Origin: the human T2T-CHM13v2.0 reference genome, Homo sapiens
Strand: one strand, 5' to 3'
DNA: 64,000 nt
Assembly (NCBI RefSeq): GCF_009914755.1
Contig: NC_060943.1
Shown: positions 35,052 through 50,185 of the stretch, piece by piece
Layout of the letters: every line of letters starts with the position of its first letter
Numbering within the stretch: position 1 is the stretch's first letter
Made by a program: the position numbers and the translations under genes
Notes under the pieces: generated by a model
Database searches by the model: none
The model's input: only the letters and a program-made list of their open reading frames with translations
What the model was told of the DNA's origin: nothing

Positions 35052-35819
35052 CGTGAGAGGCAGGGAGCACACGGCCATGACCACTGTCATGAGGGCCAGC
35101 AGGATCAGGTGGTCCACCTCGTCCTCTCCGGTGCGCGGCCGTGGACCCAGAGAGCCCTGGTGGCGCTTCTGCTGGCGGTACATGCGGCAGAGGCTGAGGG
35201 TGACCGAGCCGTTGCAGAGGAAGATGGCAGCCACCAGCAGGGCCACCAGGCCGGCGTAGGCCAGCGAGAAGGCGGCGCCGCCCGGCTGGGCCCAGCGCAT
35301 GCGGAGGAAGCACCAGCTGCCGGGGCAGTACTGCTGGTGTTGGCCCAGGCCCAGCAGGGGCAGCGCGCAGAAGAGGACGCAGAAGGCGTAGATGGCTGGC
35401 AGCGCCAGGCGGGCGCAGCGGGGCCCGTCCAGCTGCGCGTAGAGGTAGGGGTGGCTCAGCGCCAGGCAGCGCTCCACGGCCATGGCAAAGAGGATGAGCA
35501 TGGACGCCAGGCCGAAGAAGGTCATGGCGAAGGCGAAGGCATCGCACAGGGCGGGGCCGCCTCGGGCCAGGCCCAGCAGGGAGCTGTTGCGCGCATAGGC
35601 CACGAACACGGCCGGGCTCAGGAAGCTGGTGCCCAGCAGGTCGGTGGCCGCCAGTCCGGTGACCAGCACCGCGAAGGCCGAGGGGCGCGCCGGTCGCCGT
35701 GCGCTCAGGATGCCCAGGGCCAGCCCGTTGCCCACCACACCGGCCACGAACATCAGGGTGCTGGTGGCCGGCCCCACCGAGCCCCGCACGTAGGTGAGGT
35801 TCCTGCACGAATCCGCCAT
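35052..35819 (-). CDS. PTGIR: Prostacyclin (IP) receptor, coding exon 2 (TM1-TM6)
   Basis: [24 protein letters not shown]...ERC...QYCPGSWCF...CSLPLT; donor ACG|gtgagt at 35051; 768 nt; CpG island. The exon acceptor is at 35832-35833, with 12 nt of UTR before the ATG. Confidence 0.98.
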
Positions 35820-36590
35820 CCCAGGTCTGGGCTGGAGGGTTCCCAAGGTGGGGGGTCAGAGGGAGCCAGGGCTACCCCCACCACCCAGCCCACTCAGATG
35901 TCCCTGCTGGCCAGTCCTTTTGGCAGCTGGGGCCTCCCAGCCAACCCCCAGTTCTCCTGTGTGTGCAGGTATGCAGTCCTCTCCCCTCTGGCTTCTCCAG
36001 TATCTCTCTCTGTCTCTCCCCACCTTCCTGTTTCTCTTTCTCTCTTTCTTTTCTTTCGTTTCTTTTGAGACAGAGTCTCACTCTGTTGTCCAGGATGGAG
36101 AGCAATGGCATGATCTCGGCTCACTGCAACCTCCACCTCCTGGGTTCAAGCGATTCTCCTGCCCCAGCCTCTGGAGTAGATGAGATTACAGGCGTCCACT
36201 ACCACGCCCAGCTAATTTTTGTATTTTCAGTAGAGACGGGGTTCCACCATGTTGGTCAGGCTGGTCTCGAACTCCTGACCTCAGGTGATCCATCCACCTT
36301 GGCTTCCCAAAGTGCTGAGATTACAGGTGTGAGCCACCATGCCTGACACCCACCACCCCCCCACCACCTCCTGTTTCTTTCCTTCTCTAGCTCTGTTTCT
36401 GCCATTAAAGAGACAGAGAACATCCGGGCATTGCCAGTTCTTTCCCTCCCTGTCTCTCGGTCTCTTGCTGATATCTCCCTGTCTCTGTCCCCTCCCTTGT
36501 CCTTGTCCTCCCCGTACCTTTCTCCCTCTAACCCCACACCCTCTACCTGCTCCTGCTCTGTGTTGCTGCATCCCCAGCCCCTCACCGCAC

Positions 36591-36695
36591 CTCTCCAGTC
36601 TTGCCCAGGCTCTCCTGTCCCGTGCGTCTGTGCCTTCACTTGCTTTGCTCCTCGTGTCTCTCGCTGCCTGTGTCGGTCTGTGTGTCAGCTTCTCC
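36591..36695 (-). other. PTGIR: PTGIR non-coding exon 1
   Basis: ...GACTGGAGAG|gtgcgg donor at 36590 joining to CCCAGACCTGGG-ATG; TSS approximate. Confidence 0.7.
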
Positions 36696-36699
36696 TTCC

Positions 36700-37510
36700 C
36701 TCCTCCCTCCGTCCCTCCCTCCTTCCCACCCTCCTCAGCTTGCCTGCTCACCCCAGCTTTTTCATTTCCTCTCTCTGCCCCGCCCTCCCTCACTGTTCTC
36801 CAGAGGGCCCCCTGGCACACTCCCCACTCCCCGTCCACCCGCCCAATCCAGGACATCCATCTCCCATCGCTGCCTCCACTCTCCTCCCCACATCCTCTCT
36901 TGGTTCCCATCACTGAGCCACCTGCCACCTCCCCACACACAGGTCTCCTCCCTCCCCCAGTGTCTCCCTCTCTGGCCTGGGTGGGGAATTCCTGAGTCAC
37001 CATCACTTAGGCTTGGAGCCTCCCGGGGTAGTAGGGGGCCTCTAGGAGGGACCTGAAGAGCACAGTTGACCAGGCTTCAGTGGGGTGGTCTTGGCCTGGG
37101 CTGTCTCAGGGTGGCCTCTGGGATCTATTCTGGGCTCCAGGCCCCGGGGCTGAGGACATTGCCCAGGGATTGAGAAATGACCAGGAAATTCCTCTCTGAT
37201 GTAGTGTTTTCCAGACACCACTGAGAGTTCTGGTCCCTGGACACAATTCACTCCTTCCAGAAAGCTGAGGAAGGAGGCTTGGCCAGAGAGAGACATGCCA
37301 GTCCCTCGAGCCTGTCCCTGGGCACCCAGCTCACCCTGCAGAGACCCGAGAAGAAAGCATGAAGGGGTGTATTTGGTGTCCAGTTGTCAGGGACAGGCTT
37401 GGGAGACTTCCATGGCCCATGATGGAAAGGTAGCACTGGGCCACCGTCCGACTTCTCGCACAGCACCCCTAGGCCCCAGGCCAAGCTCTGGTGACCTTGA
37501 CCTTCAGGAA
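36700..37510 (-). promoter_or_regulatory. PTGIR proximal promoter
   Basis: GGAAATGAAA ETS/IRF-type site (36760-36769), GC box (36777-36785), GGGGAATTCC + TGAGTCA (36983-36999), imperfect ERE (37490-37502). Confidence 0.6.
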
Positions 37511-38316
37511 TCATATTTTGATCACAGGAAGCTGTCCACAGCTCCAACATTGCTGCCATGTGTCCCCCACCCTCCCCAAACACAGCCAAGCCACCACCGC
37601 TGCAGCCTCGGGCCAGTGTGACAGACCCACATGTTCCCACTACCCGCACAGCGTTCACGGGTCTCCCTTCCCACGGAGTCGGTGGCTTCCCAGGCAGCCT
37701 CCCAGCCCAAAAGGGCCAGATAAAACCTCAGAGACCCTCTCTGAGCCCCGCTGTTTCTCAGGGGGACGGTCTCAGATCCATTCGACTTGGCTTCCTGTTT
37801 CCATCTGACCACCTTTTTTCTTGCTGCGAGATGGTCCCAGGTGAGGAGAGGGAGCTGGTAGACTTCAGCCTCCTTCTCTGTGCGTGGGGTAACACGGGCC
37901 TCAGGGGCCCGGTGGCCAGCCTCGGCCTGCAGCACATCCCAGATTGGTCTTTGTAACAAGGAGAGAGGCTGTGCGGGTGTCTCTTGTCCAAGGCCAGGAG
38001 GGATGTGTCCAACCCAAGGACTGGACTGTGGGCAGCTGCCGTCTTGCCCTCTGTACCCCGGTGTGTGACCACAACCCCTTTGCCCCTCCCCCCCATCTCC
38101 CTATCACCCTTGCCCAGCTGGCACCCGCAGCTTCCAGCAGGATGGACGCCCAAGTTCCAGCCCCACCGTGGCTCCCTAAGGGACCCCCCAGCCCTGCTCT
38201 GGGGGTGCCTGTACATGTGGGCTCCAGGTCCTGCCACGTTGTCCCGCCTCATGCCGTGAGGTCCCCAGACAGACCAGAGGGAACTCAGGAAGTTATATCA
38301 TATTAATGAAGGATGA

Positions 38317-38817
<501 letters not shown>

Positions 38818-39695
38818 TGAGACAGGGTCTTGCTCTGTCACCCAGGCTGGAGTGTAGTGCTGCAATCTCGGTTCACTGCAACCTCTACCTCTGGGGTTCA
38901 AGCAATCCTCCCACCTCAGCCTCCTGAGTAGCTGGGACTACAGGCACCCACTGCCACGCTAGCTAATTTTTGTATTTTTGTAAAGACAGGGTTTCACTGT
39001 GTCACCCAGGCTGGTCTCAAACTCCTGGACTCAAGTGATCTGCCTACCTCGGCTTCCCAAAGTGCTGGGATTATAGGCCACCACGCCTGGCCTCAGGCCT
39101 CAGTTTCCCCACCGATGCCACTAGGAGTCATGAGCCCTCGCAACCCCAGGATCGGTTCTGTGTTCCTGCATCAGGAGCAGGTAGGGGTGGCAGTGACTGT
39201 GACTCCCTCCTAATGAGGGGACTGAGTTCCCCAGAGTCCGTACTGGCGCCAGACATGCCTCAGTCACCTTGCCCTGAAACCCAGCCTCCTGCTTGGCCAT
39301 GGCCCCAGCTAGCCGGGCCAAGCCCACAGCAGGGTCCACACGGGGGTTCCACTCCCCAGCCAGGTGCCTTGGGGTGAGAAATCACCCACGGTGCGTTGTG
39401 CCAGGGGCAGCTTCCAGGGTGGGCGGAGCTATGGAAGGAACTGCCCTGGGGGCGTGGGTCCGTAGCCTCCATCTCACACTCTCTCCACCCATGGCGAGGA
39501 ACAGGACCAGGCCTCCCTGAGGGGGACCCTGAAGCAGCAGGGAAAAAGAGGAAGGACAGCTCAGAGACCACTGAGATTAGGGACGCACACACAGCACCCG
39601 GGAGGGGAGAGAGATTGAGGCTAGTGTGCTGGGGACTGTGGGTGTGTAACCGGATTGTGACTCTCTGTAGAGTTAGTGCGGCCCATGTGACCTAA

Positions 39696-40773
<1,078 letters not shown>

Positions 40774-40954
40774 TGAGAAAATGACTTCCCCTAGCAAAGC
40801 TTTGATGTTCTTCGTCAAATGGCTGCCTTGACCTTGTTGGGGTGTTATGTGAAGATAAGAGACAGTTCCCCCTGCCTGCCTCCCAGGAAGCCCTCAAATA
40901 GCTGTTGATATTATTCATTCAACAAACCGTAACCAGCAGTTTACTGTGTGCTAA

Positions 40955-41301
<347 letters not shown>

Positions 41302-41566
41302 TGATCCGCCCAACTTGGCCTCACAAAGTGCTGGGATTACAGGCTTGACCCATCACGCCCAGCCCAGGCCTGCATCTGGAAGTGCCGCAGACCTAAGATC
41401 CTGGCTTGCCCTGGGCCTGACCCTCTCCGGACTCCCTGGTTTCCGTCCTCCTGGCTCTGGCCCTGGGAGGAAGTGGGCCTTATCTCATGTTCTGCACACA
41501 CGCACCACCAGCTGCTCGTGCCTGCCAGGCCTCCCGTCTGCCTGCTGTGCCCTCTCACTGCTTTGA

Positions 41567-42258
<692 letters not shown>

Positions 42259-43700
42259 TAAAATGGGGATAAACAGAGTCGCCTTGAGGGCTATCGTGAG
42301 CATTGAGCAAGATGGGACTGTTGAACTGTTCCCCTAGGAAGCGATGGCCAAGATTGCAGCTCCTGCTGGCTCTAGGCTTTCCCTCCCCCGCTGTACTCCT
42401 TCGGCCAAGCCAAGCGCTGCTCTGAGCGCCTGGGTTGGGGTGCAGCGTGCGATGTGGGTGCAGAGGGAAGACAGCCTGAAACAGGGCAGCTGAGAGCCCT
42501 TGGGGTCTGGAGGAACAAGCACCTCGCCCTGCATGCACCTCTACCTCTTGGCCTGTCTCTGACCCCCAGCATGGGCCTGGCCCCAGAGCTGACTTCACCC
42601 CTGGGGGTGGCAGGAAGCAGCAGCTGGTGACCAGAAGCTGGTGCTGCTACAAGGCGGTAAATTTAATAAGATTATTCGGATCTGTTCTCATGGAGGCTGG
42701 GCACGCAGGGACCTGCCCTGTCCCTCCTGGATTGTGACTTCTGACTTCTCCTTTCCCGTAGCCTCAGTTCCCCATCCTCCCCCTCCAGAAAGACACCTCC
42801 TTCTGGTCCCCTCTGTGTCCCACTCCCACCAGCCCTCCCTTCCCCCAACCCAGGTCCCATTCAGCTGCTTACATCTCCATAGTTTCTGTCCCCCAGGACC
42901 AGGAATGTGAAGGAGGAAGGGTTTGCACTACGCAGCTCTGAGATTCCAGGGCTCGAAGGATCTAGCTCCCAAGAGCCTAGGCTCAGGAACTCCTTACACT
43001 TCTTCTGAGATGCTGAACTCTGGAATCCTAGGGTGCAGGACCCCAGGATCTTGGCCCCATAGGATTGAAAGATGCTGGAATTCCAGCCCTCGGAGGTCCT
43101 GGGATCCTAGATTCCTTTGCATTTCAGGTTCTGAGCTGTAAGGATGCAGGATCTGTGAATTCTGGAATCCTTCTAGCTCCTTCCTGCCCAGCTTCTCTCC
43201 CCGCTCCTCCTCCACACCCTAGCTCATCTCTGGCTCACTCCCTGTCCCCCGTCTCCCCCGGGGCTCCCACAGACATGATGCAACCAGGCCGGAGCCAAGC
43301 CAGCTCAGAGGTGGGAAGCAGGAGGGAGATGTAATTACAGACGCTCCTGCCTGGATCCTACAGGAAACTCAGAGTAGGGGCCCGGGGGACCCTAATCCAA
43401 TGTGAATAATGGAGCAGACTTGTGCACATTCCCCCTGTGGAGGGGAGGCCCAGCAAGCCACCTCCAGCCAGACCCAGGGTCCAGCCTCCACCAGCCCCAA
43501 GCTGGGGAGCCTGAGTATTAGACAAGATAAGAAGAGATGAGGGAGAGGAGAGGGGGTGATCCTCCGGCCCTTGGGCCAACCAGGTAAAATAATTGGCCAA
43601 ACCTACAGCTTCCCTGGCCTGCATTCTCCCCATTTTCAATGGAGACACAGAACATTTCATTTTTCTTTTCTTTTCTTTGCTTTTTTTTCTTTTGAAATAG

Positions 43701-43799
<99 letters not shown>

Positions 43800-44285
43800 T
43801 GAGTAGCTGGGATTACACGTTCATGCCACCATGCCCAGCTAATTTTTGTCTTCTTAGTAGAGGCGGGGTTTCACCATGTTGGCCAGGCTAATCTTGAACT
43901 CCTGACCTCAAGTGATTTGCCCACCTCGGCTTCTCAAAGTGCTGGATTTATAGGCGTGACCCACCACGCCCAGCCATTTTATTTCTCATTCCTCCATAAG
44001 AAGCCCCCGACACAGGCTTCAGGTTAAATGGCAACTGGTCCCCAGCTTCCTTGACCAGAAGACAATAGGGCATGGTGGGGACTTTGGTGAGCTGGAAAGC
44101 CCAGGCACCGTCTCACAGCCTATGCGTCACCAGACCTTACAATTTCAAAGAAGACTTTGCAATTCCAGAGGAATATGGACTTTGATGTGAAATATCTGTG
44201 TTTTTCAATTGGCAGCCAAGTCAAGAACATCTTTAAACATCATGTAAAGCCATAAAAATATAACTGCGGCCAGGCGGGTGGGTCA

Positions 44286-44643
<358 letters not shown>

Positions 44644-45636
44644 CTACGTATGTCCTGCAGGCCAGCAGTATGTGAATTGGAAAACAGAGGGCAGGAACCA
44701 GAGCTGTCACAGTCATCCCTTTGTCTCCAGAAAAATGACAAAATAGAAGAAGAATGAAGGAATGTACTCATTATTTTCTTTCCTCTCCCTCCCTCTAGCC
44801 ATGTTTCTCTCTTCTGGGTCCCCAAATTTTATTACCACCATGTTCCAGCTCAGATGTCACCTCCTCCAGGAAGCCCTCCCTTACCTCCAAGCTGAGTCAG
44901 GAGTTATCTCTGCGCTCCCCCACCCAGCACTGCGCACTCTGGGTTTTTACCATCTGGGGACAGGTCTTTCTCTCCTACTGGACTCTGAGCCCCAAGAGGG
45001 CAGGGCAGGGCAGAGCCAAGGCTGTCTTGGTCACAGCCATGTCCCTAGCATTGCCCAGCGCTGGTCAGAGAGTAGGTACTCAGGGAGTGTTTGGAAGAAT
45101 GAATGAGTGAATGAACAAGTGAGCAGGGAAAAAGTGCAGGGCTTTAGGACAGAAGTGGGCCTGCGGTAGAGGGGAACCAGGTGTGAAAACAGGAGTCGTT
45201 AAGGGGGTGAGAAGTGTGGGATGGGGACTGGGGACCCTAAGAATGTCCAAGCCAGTGGGGAGGAGAGGAGAGAGGATGGCGGAGGGGTTCAGGGAGCACT
45301 GGAGTACCCCCGTCAGCGCTCTGTTACCGCCTAGCTTTGTGACTCTGAATAAAGGACTTCCTTTGGCTCAGTTTCCTCTTGGGTATCATACAAGTAGTTA
45401 GCTGTCTTCTGGGGCTGTCGGGACCATTAAGTTCAGGATCGACCGTGGAGGAGAGAGCACCGAATACTCATCTCCTCCGAAGCTTTGGTGGAGTCGTACT
45501 CCCTCCACGTCCACCCCTACCCCCAACACACACACTCAGAAGGAATGAGAACGGACACAGCTTCCCCTACGGTGGCCCCAAGCTCTGTGCGTGCCTCAGT
45601 CTCCCTGAAAGCACAGGCACCACCACAGTTACCAAG

Positions 45637-45642
45637 TTTATT
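45637..45642 (-). terminator. GNG8 polyA signal
   Basis: AATAAA ~43 nt after the stop (very short 3'UTR), with a GT-rich tract downstream. Confidence 0.85.
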
Positions 45643-45684
45643 GGATCCATACTTTGGCAGGGGAGGGTAAGCTGTCCGGAGGGC

Positions 45685-45813
45685 TCAGAGCAGAACACAA
45701 AAGAGGCGCTTGTCGCGGAAGGGGTTCTCCGCGGCGGGTACTGGCGTCACCAGCGGGTCATCTTTGGCATGCGTCTCGCAGAAAGCCAGGAGTTCCGCTG
45801 CTGCCTGCGACAC
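45685..45813 (-). CDS. GNG8: G protein gamma 8, last coding exon ([42 protein letters not shown])
   Basis: gcag|GTG; G-gamma motifs DPL and NPF; CaaX CVLL; total 70 aa. Confidence 0.97.
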   Translation of the reverse strand: MSQAAAELLAFCETHAKDDPLVTPVPAAENPFRDKRLFCVLL

Positions 45814-45944
45814 CTGCGAGCACCCGGGTGGAGATGTCACCGCCCTGCCCGGCTCCTTGGAGCCGCCCACTTAGGCCCCGCCTCTTGCCCTGTCCCCTCC
45901 TCCCACCTTGCCCCGCCCCATACAGGCCTTTCCCCTTGTCTTAC

Positions 45945-46080
45945 TCCGCCCCCTCGTCCTGGCCCCTCCCCTGTCCTACCCCGCCCCTCGTCCTGGCCCC
46001 TCCCCTGCCCCATCCCTCCCCTCGTCCTGGCCCCTCCCCTGTTCTGCCCCTCCCCTCGTCCTGGCCCCTCCTCCTGCCCT
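45945..46080. repeat. 34-bp minisatellite in the GNG8 coding intron (4 copies)
   Basis: ctcgtcctggcccctc starts at 45953, 45987, 46021 and 46055. Confidence 0.9.
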
Positions 46081-46207
46081 GCCCCGCCCCTTGCCCAGCC
46101 CTGTTCCCAGGGGCATCCTTGCACTATGGCTCCGAGCCGGGCCGACACAGCCCCGGACAGACCGCAGGCCCAGAACCCCCGCCCTATTCCCCACCCCGAC
46201 CCAGCAC

Positions 46208-46291
46208 CTTCATGCGGTCGATGTTCACCTCCAGCTTCAGCTGTTCCACCGTCTTGCGGGCCTCGGCAATCTTGGCCATGTTGTTGGACAT
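46208..46291 (-). CDS. GNG8: G protein gamma 8, first coding exon ([28 protein letters not shown])
   Basis: gcaaccATG Kozak; AAG|gtgctg donor; 84 nt. Upstream acceptor at 46335-46336 with CCTAAC branch-like motif. Confidence 0.97.
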
Positions 46292-47125
46292 GGTTGCGGC
46301 GGGGAAGGGGTTAAAAGACGCGCGGGAGTGGGGGCTGTGGGGGTAGGTTAGGATACGTCTGGGTCCCGAGGTGGGGGCGAGAGGGCGGGCCCCGGTAACA
46401 GGTGCGAGGGTGGAAGGGCGCGTGAATGGGGTGGCCAGGGGCTGGTGGAGGGAGGGACAGATGAAGGGGACAGGAACAAGAGGAGCGATGGAGGGGTGCA
46501 CGGATGGAGGTAGCTAAGGCAGGTGGGGAGAGAGCAGGGAGGGGCGAGGGAGGGAAGGAGGGGCGCACAGATGGGAGGCTGAGACAGAAGGACAGGGCCA
46601 CAGGTGCTGGATCAGAATCCAGGTGTCCTCACCCCCGGGGGCAGAGCGAGAGCCAGGAGGGGGGCCCCTCCCCCAGGCCAATTAGCAGTGGCTCCAGGGA
46701 GAACTGGGAATTAAGATCGCGGCGGGAGGGGCACAGAGGGGGCCTCATTAGGGCCTTGGCAGCAGCTGCCCTCTCCGCCACCCTCAGGGAGCCCCCCCAC
46801 CCTAGCCCTGGTCACCTCAAAGCCTCCTCTGCTCATTAGCAGCCAGGGCAGAGGGCTGGGGGAGCCCAACTCGGGCACCTGAGGAGAGGCCTATCGGATG
46901 GACAGAGGGACAACGGGACGCGCAGAGGCAGAGACAGAGTAATGGAGGGAGAGACTGAGGCACGGGAGAAATGAAGAGACGGGGAGGAATAGAGAGAGGG
47001 AGAGACTGGGGGAGGAATGAAGTGATGGAGGAGAAAATAGAGGGACAAATGAAGGGGGGAGCAAGGAACAGGGTGATACAAGGCGACAGGCACCGAGGGG
47101 ACAAAGGGACAGAGGGGACAGAGCA

Positions 47126-47366
47126 GGGGAGATGGAGGGAGGGGGTGTGGGGTGGGAGAGGATGGGGAGATGGAGGGAGGGGGTGTGGGGTGGGAGAGGA
47201 TGGGGAGATGGAGGGAGGGGGTGTGGGGTGGGAGAGGATGGGGAGATGGAGGGAGGGGGTGTGGGGTGGGAGAGGATGGAGGAGATGGAGGGAGGGGGTG
47301 TGGGGTGGGAGAGGATGGAGGAGATGGACGGATGGGGTGGGAGAGGATGGGGTGATGGAGGGAGGG
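47126..47366. repeat. 38-bp G-rich VNTR (~6 copies)
   Basis: ggggagatggagggagggggtgtggggtgggagaggat at 47126, 47164, 47202, 47240, with variant copies at 47278 and 47317. Confidence 0.95.
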
Positions 47367-47685
47367 ACGAAGGAGAGAGAAGGGGAAATGGAGGAAGGGG
47401 GGAGGGAGGAAGGAGCAGAGACACCAAGGAGATAAAGGAACAGAGACGGGGAGATAGAGGGACAGAGGAAAGAAGGGAAGGACAAAGAGGGAGATGGAGG
47501 GGTTGGGGAGAGATGGAAACAGAAAGTGGGAGAGAGGAACAAGGCGAGAGACAGGCTGATGGAGACGCAGAAGAATTCATTCACTCACTCATTCACTCAT
47601 TCACTCATTCATTCCCAGGCGGAGAGACGGTGGCCACGGAGCAGGCAAAGGGACCAGCTGTGGGGCCGGGACCGGAGCTTCCTAC

Positions 47686-47830
47686 CTGTTGCTGCTCTGG
47701 GCCGGGCTGGCGGCGGTGACAGAGGCTGGGAGGCAGCGTCTGGGTCCCTCCGGCCCGCCCCGCCCCCTCCCCTGGGGCGCAGCCCCTACGGACCCGCCTC
47801 CTCCCGGAGCCACCGTCCCCGCCGCCCCGC
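47686..47830 (-). other. GNG8: Probable GNG8 non-coding first exon and CpG-rich promoter
   Basis: CAG|GTAGGA donor at 47685; GC boxes at 47754-47830; 5' boundary approximate. Confidence 0.55.
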
Positions 47831-48147
47831 CACCTTGGGGCTCCCTCTCTGGGCCCTCTCTCTTGTCTGTCAGTCCTATCTTTGTCCCTCTCCCTGTGTC
47901 TCTGCCGCTGCTGTCCTATTGTGTGACTCTCTCTGTGCCTCTCTCACACTCACTAGAAAACACAGTCTCTCTAGGTGGGCCCCGGGCCTCGCTACATTTA
48001 ATCCACAGTCACAACAAACCTCTCCAGTGTGTCCCACAGAGCCGCTCACTCAGCCACACTCGCCACCTCGGTGTCACCACCCCCCTCCAGCCTCATGCTC
48101 ACTGTCCCTCACACAGACAAAAACTATCTTGCCCTGTCACACGGTAG

Positions 48148-48549
<402 letters not shown>

Positions 48550-49114
48550 TGAACTCCTGACCTCAGGTCATCCACCCGCCTCGGCCTCCCAAAGTGCTGG
48601 GATTACAGGCGTGAGCCACCGCGCCTGGCCTTGCATGCCATTTAAACTCTCTCAATCTCACACCCTGTCCCAGTCTCACACTTTCTGTGTCTCACGGTGG
48701 CATGCAATTACCCAATACAACCTGTCAAGTACACACTGTTTTATAGTATTTCATAGTAACACCCAGTCGCCTGTCCAGTGACAACCATGGAAGGTCACAT
48801 ACATTCTCTCACAGTCTCCTGGTGTCACACGCATCTGACACATTCCCTCCATACACAGTCTGTCCCTGTCACACACACGCACGCAACCCATCTCCTGGTG
48901 TCATACCTAGCTACCCACGATGGCTCAGTGTCTCACAGAGTCCCACACAAGCTCGCAGCGTTTCACACACTCACTCCCACCTCTCCATCATCTCTTGCCT
49001 TCTACACACAAGGCCTCCCTCACGCTCTCGCTTCCGAGTGCCCTGCACAGCCGCAAACTCTCGCATGCACTGTCACAACGCTGCCATCTCTCACCAGCTC
49101 AGTGTCACACATAG

Positions 49115-49249
<135 letters not shown>

Positions 49250-49924
49250 TAGCTGGGACCACAGAGGTACATAACCGCACCTGGTTAATTTCTTTTATTT
49301 TTATTTTGGTAGAGACGGCGGGGGTGGGGGGAGGGGTCTCCCTATGTTGCCCAGGCTGATCTCAAACTCCTGGCCTCAAGGGATCCTCCCGCCTCAGCCA
49401 CCCAAAGTGCTGGGATTACAGCAATGTGCCCGGATCACGCACTTTTTCACAAGCCATACACAGAGTGGCCAACACAGACTGACACTCACTGTGTCTGTCC
49501 CACCCAGGCCCCCTATGTGCCTCTCATGACACCTGCCCACACCACCTCTCAGTGTACATCAGTCATCAGTCTCACTCTCTCTCACACAGAATCTACTTGT
49601 GTGACACACACAGCACCGTATGCTCACCATGTTGCACACAGCCACACACACTGCCCCCTCACACGCACCGTCACACACGGTCTCTCACTCCCACATACGG
49701 TCTCTCAATGTCCCATACAGAGCCCCAAAGAGTGTCTCTCCCACACCCGATCACACATAACCTTTCATCAGCACACACAGTCACCCACAATCTCTCAGCA
49801 TCACCAGTAATCTCAGTGTCACACACAGTCAGCGACATGTCATCTCTGACATATGCAGTCCCACTCAGTCTCTCCTTGTCGCACATAATCTCATATCAAT
49901 CAGTCACACACAGACTCCCAGCAC

Positions 49925-50185
49925 CACACACCATCTCACCAGTACACCATCATGGCAGTACACACTCATGGTGTCCTGGTCCTGGCACTGCACACCATCT
50001 CACGGCAGTCGACACTCACACAGTTTCCTGGCGTCGTACACCATCTCACAGCAGTACACACTCACAGATCTCCTGGAGTCACACACCATCACGGCAGTAC
50101 ACACTCACACACTCTCCAGATGTCTCACGCCGTCTCCCGGCAGTACACACTCACACAGCCTCCAGGTGTCACACGCCATTTCCCA
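49925..50185. repeat. Degenerate ~46-bp minisatellite within CA-rich low-complexity DNA
   Basis: gcagt[ac/cg]acactca recurs at 49955, 50005, 50051, 50094 and 50140. Confidence 0.7.

Noticed and set aside
45379-47719. Long Pro- or Gly-rich repetitive ORFs
   Set aside because: Translations of the 34-bp and 38-bp minisatellites.
49925-50185. Repeat-spacer pattern resembling a CRISPR array
   Set aside because: The intervening segments are similar to each other, the context is human DNA and there are no cas genes.
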